Assembly (NCBI GenBank): GCA_050744225.1
Contig: JBOGGT010000134.1
Span: 4,401-68,400, forward strand
DNA from: Acidimicrobiales bacterium
GTDB taxonomy: Bacteria > Actinomycetota > Acidimicrobiia > Acidimicrobiales > JAJPHD01
Length of the DNA: 64,000 nt
Direction: 5' to 3'
Within the stretch, counting starts at the first letter, position 1; every line of letters starts with the position of its first letter. Below are positions 36,338 to 44,349 of this stretch, in pieces. Under the pieces are notes generated by a model that searched no databases, was not told the DNA's origin, and saw only the letters and a program-made list of their open reading frames with translations. A program made the translations under genes and the position numbers.

Positions 36338-37875
36338 TCGATGGTCCCCGGGGGTTTGGAGGTGATATCCAGCGCCACCCGGTTCACCCCCGCCACCTCG
36401 TTGATGATCCGGCTCGACAGGCGCTCGCACAGCGACCAGGGCAGGCGCGCCCAGTCCGCGGTCATGGCGTCATCGCTGGTCACCGCCCGGATCACCACCG
36501 GGTAAGCGTAGGTGCGCTCGTCCCCCATCACCCCCACGCTGCGGACCACTGGCAGGACCGCGAAGGCCTGCCACAGCTCGCGCTCCAGACCGGCCAGGCG
36601 CACCTCCTCGGTCACTATCGCGTCCGCAGCCCGCACTATGGCCACCCGCTCAGGGGTCACCTCCCCCACCACCCGAACGGCCATGCCGGGACCCGGGAAG
36701 GGCTGGCGCCACACGATCTCGTCGGGCAGGCCGAGCTCGGAGCCCACCGCGCGCACCTCGTCCTTGAACAGGGCGCGCAGCGGCTCGACCAGGCCGAAGC
36801 CAATCTCCGCCGGCAGGCCCCCCACATTGTGGTGCGACTTGATCGTCGCCGCGTGCGCGGTGCCCGACTCCACCACGTCTGGATACAGCGTGCCCTGGAC
36901 CAGCCAGCGGGCGTCGGCGCGCTCGGAGGCCACCGCCTCGAACACCCGGATAAAAGCCTCGCCCACTGCCTTTCGCTTGAGCTCGGGGTCCACCACCCCC
37001 TCCAGGGCGGCAAAGAATCGCTCCGAGGCGGCCACGGTTACCAGGTCCCCAGAGAAGGCGGCCCGTACCTGGGAGGCCTCCCCCTCGCGCATCAGGCCGG
37101 TGTCCACGAACACACAGGTCAGCTGGGACCCGACCGCCCGGCGCGCCAGCGCCGCCGCAACCGCTGAGTCCACCCCCCCCGACAACCCGCACAGGACGTG
37201 GTCCGCCCCGACCAGCTCTCGGATCGCCGCCACCGCCGAGGAGACGATCGATGCGGGCGTCCAGGTCCCCGCACAGCCGCAGACCTCGCGCACAAAGCGC
37301 CGGATGAGCGCCTGGCCTCCCTGGGTTTGGGCCACTTCAGGGTGAAATTGGACTCCGTAGAGCCGACGACCCGTGTCCTGGAGCGCAGCCACCGGGGCAT
37401 CCGCTGTCGTAGCGGTCACCTCGAAGCCCGGCGGTGCGGCGGTGATCGCGTCGGCGTGGCTCATCCACACGTCCGAGATGGCCGGCCAGCCGAGGAGCAG
37501 CCCCACCGGGCCGGCCGGCGCGCCGGCACTGGCGGTCACCGCCAGCTTTGTGCGGCCGAACTCGCCCCGCCCGGTCCGAGCGACCACCCCGCCCAGGGTC
37601 TGCGCAATCAGCTGGGCACCGTAGCAGATGCCCAGGACCGGCACCCCCGCCGACAGGATGGCAGGGTCGATCGCCGGCGCCCCCTCGACGTGAACCGAGC
37701 GCGGCCCCCCCGACAGGATGATCCCCGCCGGACCGCGCTCGCGGATTTCCGCCAGCGTGATGGTGTGCGGGACTATCTCGGAGTAGACCTGCGCCTCGCG
37801 GACCCGGCGGGCGATCAGCTGGGCGTACTGGGCGCCGTAGTCGACGACCAGCACCACCTCCTCAGCCGGGCTCAT
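36328..37875 (-). CDS. guaA: GMP synthase (glutamine-hydrolysing)
   Basis: GATase domain ([10 protein letters not shown]...GICYGAQL), PP-loop SGGVDSAV, and the C-terminal ...[12 protein letters not shown] at 37875. Confidence 0.93.
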   Translation of the reverse strand: MSPAEEVVLVVDYGAQYAQLIARRVREAQVYSEIVPHTITLAEIRERGPAGIILSGGPRSVHVEGAPAIDPAILSAGVPVLGICYGAQLIAQTLGGVVARTGRGEFGRTKLAVTASAGAPAGPVGLLLGWPAISDVWMSHADAITAAPPGFEVTATTADAPVAALQDTGRRLYGVQFHPEVAQTQGGQALIRRFVREVCGCAGTWTPASIVSSAVAAIRELVGADHVLCGLSGGVDSAVAAALARRAVGSQLTCVFVDTGLMREGEASQVRAAFSGDLVTVAASERFFAALEGVVDPELKRKAVGEAFIRVFEAVASERADARWLVQGTLYPDVVESGTAHAATIKSHHNVGGLPAEIGFGLVEPLRALFKDEVRAVGSELGLPDEIVWRQPFPGPGMAVRVVGEVTPERVAIVRAADAIVTEEVRLAGLERELWQAFAVLPVVRSVGVMGDERTYAYPVVIRAVTSDDAMTADWARLPWSLCERLSSRIINEVAGVNRVALDITSKPPGTIEWE

Positions 37876-37906
37876 CCCCCGAGAATAAAGGGGCCGCCGT
37901 CCCGCC

Positions 37907-37990
37907 GGCACTCAGCCCGGAACTCAGCCCGTCACTCAGCCCGGAACTCAGCCCGGAACTCAGCCCGTCACTCAGCCCGGCACTCAGGCC
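37907..37990. repeat. 12-bp x7 intergenic tandem repeat (GGAACTCAGCCC-like)
   Basis: Direct reading. It lies immediately upstream of the guaA start and includes the stop of the Uma2 remnant. Confidence 0.9.
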
Positions 37991-38240
37991 AGCCCCAACA
38001 GCTCGTCCACCCTCAGCTCCACGCCGGGGAGTCCTTCGATCACCAGTGTCTCGCCCCGCTGGGCATGGCGGACATCAGCGAAACCCTCAGGGCCGGGGCT
38101 GGTCAACCGAATAGAAGTCGGCACGGGGATGCAGCACGGCCACGTCCGGCTCTGGCAATGAATAGTCGTCCAGCTGGACCGGGTTCTGGACGGACACGAT
38201 CGCCCGGCCCACCGTGGCCACCACGAGCAATGCATTGCGG
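37984..38240 (-). pseudogene. Uma2 (DUF820) endonuclease remnant, internally deleted and frameshifted
   Basis: Two fragments in different frames: ...VGRAIVSVQNPVQLDDYSLPEPDVAVLHP... and ...RGETLVIEGLPGVELRVDELLGLA*. They align to the middle and C-terminus of the intact Uma2 at 40161-40733; the catalytic core between them is missing. Confidence 0.55.
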
Positions 38241-38712
38241 CATTGTCGATGGCACCGCCGTCGGTGGTGGCGGTGTTGGCCGAGAAGGTGGAGTGGGTGA
38301 CGGTGAGGGTGCCGCCATCTCCGCTGTAGATGGCGCCGCCGCTCTCGTTGCCAGTCTGGGGGGAGCCGTCCGGCTCGATGGTGACCGGTTCGGTCGCTGT
38401 TCCGTGGTTCAGGGTGAAGTTGCCCACGTAGTCGGTGCTGGTGTCACCCGCTGTGCCAGGGGTGGCCAGCTAGATCGTATCGCCGTCGCCTACCAGGGAC
38501 AGGGCCTGGGTGAGGGTGCACTGGCTGGCTGGGGTGGTGGTCTGGTCACAGCTGGTGGGCGAGGTGCCACTTGCCGAGGCAGGCGAAGTCAAGGCGCTCA
38601 GCCCGGCACCCGCCAGGCCAGCACAAAGGACGACCGCCACAGCGGGCCGGGCCAGGGAACGCGCCATCACCCGGCTTGCCTGCCCCAGGCTGGATCGCTT
38701 CGGACCACCCAC
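38241..38712 (-). pseudogene. secreted beta-helix (GGAI / FxxN Pmp-like repeat) protein fragment with in-frame TAG
   Basis: Signal peptide (MARSLARPAVAVVLCAGLAGAGLSALTSPASA), an in-frame TAG at 38470-38472, and the same frame continuing (...GGAIYSGDGGTLTVTHSTFSANTATTDGGAIDN) until it abuts the Uma2 fragment. Confidence 0.5.
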
Positions 38713-38903
38713 CGCGTGCGTCTTCTAGCACTCCTCGCCCATAGATAGGGGCCACCGTGGCCTCGCGCACAGGATTACCCCGAGCTTGGCGCCGAGCAAG
38801 GATCACGGCGCCCGCACCGGCAGCTGCGCCCGCCGGGACTACGGCGGGTCGGGGGAGGGCACCGCGGGCCGGCACCACCGCCGCAAATTAACAAAAAGGT
38901 CCC

Positions 38904-40067
38904 TCAGGCGCCCATGCCCACGCCCTGGGCACGCTGGGCGGCCTTGCCCTCGCTCATCAGGGCGGGTGCGACCATCACCTCGGCCTTCTGGAACTCCTTG
39001 ACGGTGGCGTAGCCGCAGGTGGCCATGGAGGTGCGCAGGGCGCCGAACAGGTTCATCCGCCCGTCGTTCTCGTGCGCCGGGCCGACGAGAACCTCGGCCA
39101 GGCTGCCGCGGGTCTCGGTACGGATACGAGCCCCTCTCGGCAGCGTCGGGTGGAATGTAGCCATTCCCCAGTGATACCCGCGCCCCGGCGCCTCGGCGGC
39201 TGCGGCGAGGGGCGAGCCGATCATCACCGCGTCGGCCCCGCAGGCGATGGCCTTGCAGACGTCCCCGCCCCGGCTCATGCCGCCGTCGGCGATGACGTGG
39301 CAGTACACGCCGGTCTCGTCCAGATGGCGGATGCGCGCGCCGGCCGCGTCGGCGATCGCGGTGGCCTGGGGAACGCCCAGGCCGAGCACTCCCCTGCTGG
39401 TGCAGGCGTTGCCGGGACCGACCCCGATGAGGATCCCGGCCGCCCCGGTGCGCATCAGGTGCAGGGCGGCCTGGTAGGAGGCACACCCCCCGACGATCAC
39501 CGGAAGGTCGAGCTCCCGAATGAAGCGCTTGAGGTTGAGCGGCTCGACGCTGCGAGAGACGTGCTCCGCGGACACGACCGTGCCCTGGATCACCAGCAGG
39601 TCAAGCTCGGCGGCGAGGATCGCACCCAGCAGCTCCTGGGTGCGTTGGGGGGTGACCGCCGCAGCCGAGACCACCCCGGCGGAGCGGATCTCGCGGATGC
39701 GCTCGGTAACCAGCTCGGGGCGGACCGGCTCGGCGTAGATCTGCTGCATCCGGGCAGTGACCTTGTCACCTTCCAGAGCCGCGATCTCCTCCAGTACCCC
39801 GGTGGGGTCCTCATACCGGGTCCACAGGCCCTCCAGGTTGAGCACCCCGACCCCGCCCAGGCGGCCCACCTCGATGGCGGTCGCCGGGCTTACCACCCCG
39901 TCCATTGCGGCGGCCATCAGCGGCAACTCGAAGCGGAATGCGTCGATCTCCCAGGAGATGTCCACGTCCTCGGGGTCCCTGGTGCGCCGGGACGGCACGA
40001 TCGCGATGTCGTCGAACCCATAGGCCCGCCGCCCCGACTTGCCAATGCCAATCTCAAGCTCAGCCAT
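38904..40067 (-). CDS. guaB3: GuaB3-type IMP dehydrogenase-related protein (no CBS pair)
   Basis: MAELEIGIGKSGRRAYGFDDIAIVPSRRTRD..., ...GIGPGNACTSR..., and a C-terminal TIM-barrel phosphate-binding region. Confidence 0.85.
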   Translation of the reverse strand: MAELEIGIGKSGRRAYGFDDIAIVPSRRTRDPEDVDISWEIDAFRFELPLMAAAMDGVVSPATAIEVGRLGGVGVLNLEGLWTRYEDPTGVLEEIAALEGDKVTARMQQIYAEPVRPELVTERIREIRSAGVVSAAAVTPQRTQELLGAILAAELDLLVIQGTVVSAEHVSRSVEPLNLKRFIRELDLPVIVGGCASYQAALHLMRTGAAGILIGVGPGNACTSRGVLGLGVPQATAIADAAGARIRHLDETGVYCHVIADGGMSRGGDVCKAIACGADAVMIGSPLAAAAEAPGRGYHWGMATFHPTLPRGARIRTETRGSLAEVLVGPAHENDGRMNLFGALRTSMATCGYATVKEFQKAEVMVAPALMSEGKAAQRAQGVGMGA

Positions 40068-40160
40068 AAATGCGAGGATAGAAGCTCTATGATTTAAATT
40101 TGCTCGGTGCCCCCGGCCCTCCGTGCCCACCCCCGCCCCGTCGCGATTGCGAGCGCGTAG

Positions 40161-40733
40161 TCAGGCTGGTCCGAGGAGCCCTTCGACGCTCAGCGTCACC
40201 GTGGGCAACGCCCCGACTACCAGGGTCTCGTCCCGGCGGGCACGACGGGCATTGGCGTAGCCGTCAGGCCGCGGGTCGCCGAACACCCGGATCTCCATGG
40301 CGTTCACATCCACCACCCACAGCTCGGGAACGCCGGCTCGGGCGTAGCGGGGCGCCTTGAAGCTCACGTCCCAGTTGAGGGTGGAGTCCGCCACCTCGAC
40401 GACGAGGAAGGCATCGCTCGCCGACGGGGCACGGCCTTCCCATGAATCGAGGCCGGGGTGCAACAGGGCCAGGTCGGGCTCGGGCTCGGAGTAGTCGTCC
40501 AGCTGGAGCGGGCACTGAACCGAGACCAACGCCTGCTCCCCCACCGCGTGGACGAACAAGTGGTTAAGGCGCATCACGCAGACGTGGTGAGGATGAGCCA
40601 TCGCTGCCATCTGGAATACCTCCCCGTCGATCAGCTCGAGGTGGGAGTCACCCTGGAAGAGCCCGGCCTCCCCCATGCGGCGCCACTGCTCCACGCTGAA
40701 GGCGTAACGGGTCGAGGCCTGGTCGAGCGCCAC
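40161..40733 (-). CDS. Uma2 family (DUF820) restriction-endonuclease-fold protein
   Basis: YAFSVEQWRRMGEAGLF...LELIDGEVF...PEPDLALL...FLVVEVADS...K...ELWVVD pattern (PD-(D/E)xK-like E-V-x-D/S..K). Confidence 0.8.
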   Translation of the reverse strand: MALDQASTRYAFSVEQWRRMGEAGLFQGDSHLELIDGEVFQMAAMAHPHHVCVMRLNHLFVHAVGEQALVSVQCPLQLDDYSEPEPDLALLHPGLDSWEGRAPSASDAFLVVEVADSTLNWDVSFKAPRYARAGVPELWVVDVNAMEIRVFGDPRPDGYANARRARRDETLVVGALPTVTLSVEGLLGPA

Positions 40734-40789
40734 GTCCTCAGTCTAGCTGTTGCCGCCTTGGCGGCGAATCTGGCGGTTAGCCTAGGAGC

Positions 40790-42178
40790 ATGAGTGCGGG
40801 CCAGTCGGCTGTGTCAGGGCCAGGTGGGCAGGACCCGGGCCGGCGGGTGGTGGTGGTCGGCGCGGGCTTCGCCGGGCTGGCGGTGGCCTCGGAGCTGGCG
40901 GGCGCGGCGGTAAGCGTGACGCTGGTCGACAGGCACCACTTCAACACATTCCAGCCTTTGTTGTACCAGGTGGCCACCGCCGGGCTGAACCCCGGGGACA
41001 TCGCCTACCCGGTTCGATCCTACGTGAAGGCGTACCCGGCGACCGACTTCCGCCGGGGCGTGGTGAGCGGGGTGGACCTGGGGGCTCGGGTGGTGTGCTT
41101 CGAGGACGGGGGGACGCTGGGATACGACTACCTGGTGTTGGCGGCGGGCGCGACAACCAACCACTTCGGCGTCCCCGGAGCGGTCGAGCACAGCCGGGCG
41201 ATCTACACCATGGAGGACGCCCTGGCGGTGCGTTCCCAGATCTTCAACCTCCTGGAGGCCGCCGCCGCCCGGACACTGGACGGCTCGGCGAGTGGCGGGT
41301 CGGCGAGGGACGGGTCGGCGAGTGGCGGGTCGGCGAGTGGCGGGTCGGCGGCCGGGCTGACGGTGGTGGTGGTCGGGGGCGGGCCGACCGGGATCGAGAT
41401 GTCGGGCACGCTCGCTGAACTGCTGGCCATGGAGCTTGGCACGGCCTACCCGGACCTCTCCCCCGACGAGGCGCAGGTCATGCTGGTAGAACAGTCTGAC
41501 CGCCTGCTGGCGGCATTTCATCCCAAGCTGGGCCGATACGCCGAGCGGGTGCTGCGGCGCCTGGGAGTGGAGGTGCGCCTCTCCCAGGCGGTTACCTCAA
41601 TCGAAGAGGGCAAGGTGACCCTGTCGTCGGGTGAGGTGATCGGGTGTGGCCTGGTGGTCTGGGCGGCAGGGGTTGGGGCCGGGCCTCTGGCCGCTTCCCT
41701 GGACGTCACCAAGGCCCGCGGCGGCCGCCTCGCGGTGGGTCCGGACCTGCGCCTAGTCGGCCAGGACTCGGCCTTCGCCATCGGGGACATGGCCGGGGCA
41801 CTAGCCGAGCCCGGCGGGTCGGGCAGGTCGGCTGCCGGGTCGGGCAGGTCGGGCGGGGCGCTGCTGCCCCAGCTGGCCCAGCCCGCCATCCAGGAGGGCC
41901 GACACGCGGGGCGCCAGATCCGCCGGCTGATGGAGGGCTTGGACACTGTGCCATTCGCCTACCACGACAAGGGCACCATGGCCACCATCGGGCGCCGCGC
42001 CGCAGTGGCGCAGCTGCCCGGCGGTATTCGCCTGTCGGGCACCGCGGCCTGGCTCGCATGGCTGGGACTGCACCTGGTCACCCTGGTAGGGTTCCGCAAC
42101 CGGGCATCGGTCCTGTTGAACTGGGCCTGGCGCTATGCCTCCTGGCACCGCGGAACCCGGGTGATCGTGGGCGATTAG
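40790..42178 (+). CDS. ndh: type II NADH dehydrogenase (NDH-2) family FAD-dependent oxidoreductase
   Basis: Dinucleotide folds VVVVGAGFAGL and VVVVGGGPTGIEMSG, plus WAAGV...AIGD. Carries Gly/Ser-rich tandem-repeat insertions at 41282-41356 and 41815-41850. Confidence 0.85.
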   Translation: MSAGQSAVSGPGGQDPGRRVVVVGAGFAGLAVASELAGAAVSVTLVDRHHFNTFQPLLYQVATAGLNPGDIAYPVRSYVKAYPATDFRRGVVSGVDLGARVVCFEDGGTLGYDYLVLAAGATTNHFGVPGAVEHSRAIYTMEDALAVRSQIFNLLEAAAARTLDGSASGGSARDGSASGGSASGGSAAGLTVVVVGGGPTGIEMSGTLAELLAMELGTAYPDLSPDEAQVMLVEQSDRLLAAFHPKLGRYAERVLRRLGVEVRLSQAVTSIEEGKVTLSSGEVIGCGLVVWAAGVGAGPLAASLDVTKARGGRLAVGPDLRLVGQDSAFAIGDMAGALAEPGGSGRSAAGSGRSGGALLPQLAQPAIQEGRHAGRQIRRLMEGLDTVPFAYHDKGTMATIGRRAAVAQLPGGIRLSGTAAWLAWLGLHLVTLVGFRNRASVLLNWAWRYASWHRGTRVIVGD

Positions 42179-42204
42179 TTGCGTTCGGCGGTTCCGTTCG
42201 GACC

Positions 42205-42442
42205 GGACCCAGCAACGCGTCCACGCTGAGGCGAAGCCTGGTCAGGTGGTTGACGCAGACGAAGCGCGGGTGGCCAATGGCGTTCGTCTCGAATGTCTCC
42301 CATCGATCAGCTCGACCAGCGAGTCCTCGTCGAGAAGGCCGACCTCGGCAATGAGGTGCCATTCCCTCACGCTGAAGGCGTAGCGGCGGGGAGCCTGGTC
42401 AATCAATGTCGCCAGCTTATTGCGCACCCCGTGGGCTCGCAT
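42205..42442 (-). pseudogene. Uma2 (DUF820) remnant, frameshifted with large internal deletion
   Basis: RRYAFSVREWHLIAEVGLLDEDSLVELIDG, then a shift to ETFETNAIGHPRFVCVNHLTRL, joined directly to a C-terminal-like RLSVDALLGP. Confidence 0.5.
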
Positions 42443-42461
42443 TTCGGGTTAGGATCAACCT

Positions 42462-42808
42462 GTGTATAGCGAGCTAGAGGAGCTCGCCGGCTCCGTGTTT
42501 GTCTGTCCAGTCGGCGAGCTCACCCAGCTCCACTCCGCTCGTTCCGCTGGCCATACGACCAACTCAAGGCGGACCTCCGCCTCAGCTTCGAAGAGGCCGT
42601 GCCCCCTCCAGGAATCTTTGAACTCGCCCTGCATCTGCAGCGCGATCTCGCCCATCACCACGGGATGTGGCACAGGGTCCCAATCCCCGACCTGCTGATT
42701 GCAGAGACCGCGATCGCAAGAGGGCTCGGCTTGGTCCACGTTGATCGGGACTTCGATCGCATCGCCGAGGTACGACCGCTGGTGGTTCGACGCCTTGGGG
42801 CCAGGTAG
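42462..42808 (+). pseudogene. PIN-domain (VapC-like) toxin remnant, 5'-truncated and frameshifted
   Basis: The C-terminal half is clear (PIPDLLIAETAIARGLGLVHVDRDFDRIAEV). The upstream part is in another frame, the N-terminal Asp motif is absent, and no antitoxin gene is present. Confidence 0.5.
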
Positions 42809-42896
42809 GTGCGGAGCGGGGACCGGGTCAATCTCGGTGGCCGGCTTATTTGGCCGCCGGCCGGGCGTGCATTCAGGTAGTTCGGGCGGTGGACGC

Positions 42897-42964
42897 CGAA
42901 CTGAGGAGTGCTACCCGCCCGGGTGACGGGTAGCGCTCCTCAGTTCAGGTAGAACTCCTCAGTT
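42897..42964. repeat. palindromic element GAACTGAGGAG...CTCCTCAGTTC plus an extra half-site
   Basis: GAACTGAGGAGTGCTACCCG-cccgggtga-CGGGTAGCGCTCCTCAGTTC (one mismatch), followed by GAACTCCTCAGTTC at 42951-42964. Confidence 0.7.
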
Positions 42965-43026
42965 CCGTCACCCCATGCGCGGATAGGACGGCGGGACCGT
43001 GTGAGCCGGCCGAGCACCGTGCGCGT

Positions 43027-43221
43027 TCAGGGCCGGCGACCGGTGTAAGCAACCAGGCGGTCGATCGCCGGCGCATCCTCGGGAACGACCACCGCCTCGA
43101 CAAATGGTGGTCCGCCGGCTCGCAGGTGCTCCGGCATCTGCGCTACCACTGACTTGAACAGCTCGGTCCGCCCCTCGGGCGGAAGGGCCTGGCGGTAGGC
43201 GTCGATGGAAACTTCCAGCAC
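43027..43221 (-). CDS. small hypothetical protein (possibly a gene fragment)
   Basis: 64-aa ORF with coding-like composition; no family recognised. Confidence 0.3.
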   Translation of the reverse strand: MLEVSIDAYRQALPPEGRTELFKSVVAQMPEHLRAGGPPFVEAVVVPEDAPAIDRLVAYTGRRP

Positions 43222-43295
43222 CTCGCCGTCCCAGTCAGGTTGCTGGCCGGTCGCCTGCGCCAGGTCCCAGGTGTGGACGGGCGCGGGCGCTGTTC

Positions 43296-44009
43296 ATGGC
43301 GGCCGATATAGGGGCTGGGTCCGGCGCGCTAGAGGTCCGAGCCGCGCTGCGCAAGCTGCTCCGTGCACTACCCGAGCCCATGCGAGTCGAAGCAGAGGCG
43401 GCCCAGGGGGCTGTGGTGGTGGACCCCGCTGTGTGGGGACGCCGCTCCGCCCCAGCTCGGCCCACGCCGCACCTCGACGTACTCCAACAAGCGGTTGTGT
43501 CCGGCGTGCAGGTCAGCCTCGACTACATCGCGGCCGACCGGACTCCCAGCAGTCGGGTAGTACATCCTGTGGGCTTGGTGGCCAAAGGCCAGGTCTGGTA
43601 CCTGGTGGCGTCCACCAGCGAGGGCTTGCGCAGCTTCCGGGTGGACCGCGTGGCCTCGGCGTCGCCGAACGGGGAACCCGTGGTGCGCCCCGAAGGATTC
43701 AACCTGCGCTCCACGTGGGAAGTGATAGTGGGCGAGGTAGAGGAGCGAAGGTCGGCATTCCGGGCGCGCGGGCTCCTCGACCCGACGTTTGTGGGGCTGT
43801 TCCGAGCCTTGCTCGGCACCCGGGTCAGCATCGGACCCCCCGCGGCCGACGGTCGGGTGGAGGTGGAGGTGGGCGGGCACGGGACGGATTCGCTGGCTGG
43901 CGAGCTGGCGGGGTTCGGAGCCGCCCTGGAGGTGATCGAGCCTGCCGAGGTCCGTGAGCGTCTAGCCCTCATCGGCACCGAGCTAATAGAGCGTTACGGT
44001 GTCCCGTAA
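43296..44009 (+). CDS. WYL-domain protein (WYL + WCX-like C-terminus) lacking the usual N-terminal HTH
   Basis: SLDYIAADRTPSSRVVHPVGLVAKGQVWYLVASTSEGLRSFRVDRV (WYL), with C-terminal GAALEVIEPAEVRERL. It is about 80 aa shorter at the N-terminus than YafY/PafBC-type regulators. Confidence 0.7.
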   Translation: MAADIGAGSGALEVRAALRKLLRALPEPMRVEAEAAQGAVVVDPAVWGRRSAPARPTPHLDVLQQAVVSGVQVSLDYIAADRTPSSRVVHPVGLVAKGQVWYLVASTSEGLRSFRVDRVASASPNGEPVVRPEGFNLRSTWEVIVGEVEERRSAFRARGLLDPTFVGLFRALLGTRVSIGPPAADGRVEVEVGGHGTDSLAGELAGFGAALEVIEPAEVRERLALIGTELIERYGVP

Positions 44010-44031
44010 CTGTTGGTGAGCTTGTGTCGAG

Positions 44032-44268
44032 CTATTTGCGGAAGGCGTCCCTGACCTTTCCGCCAGCGTCCCTGACCTTTCCGCCAGCGTCCTTGACCTT
44101 TCCGCCAGCGTCCTTGACCTTCTCGACGGCCTGCTTGAGCTCCCCTCCGGTACGGTCGAGCGTCCCCTTGTCCTCGAGTGACTTATCGCCTGCGGCTCTG
44201 CCAACACCCTCCTTAGCGCGACCCTTCAAGACCTGTGCCTTGGCCTTGGCTTTTTCCGCGATACCCAT
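44032..44268 (-). CDS. CsbD family stress-response protein with C-terminal KV(K/R)DAGG x4 repeat
   Basis: GRAKEGVGRAAGDKSLEDKGTLDRTGGELKQAVEKVKDA. A 21-bp x4 tandem repeat lies at 44045-44128. Confidence 0.8.
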   Translation of the reverse strand: MGIAEKAKAKAQVLKGRAKEGVGRAAGDKSLEDKGTLDRTGGELKQAVEKVKDAGGKVKDAGGKVRDAGGKVRDAFRK

Positions 44269-44349
44269 GTGACCCCTCCTTCAACTAGTCGGCGCCGAAG
44301 CGTCTGCCAGGCCAAACCTACCCAGTCCGATCAACCCTCAAGCCCAGCC

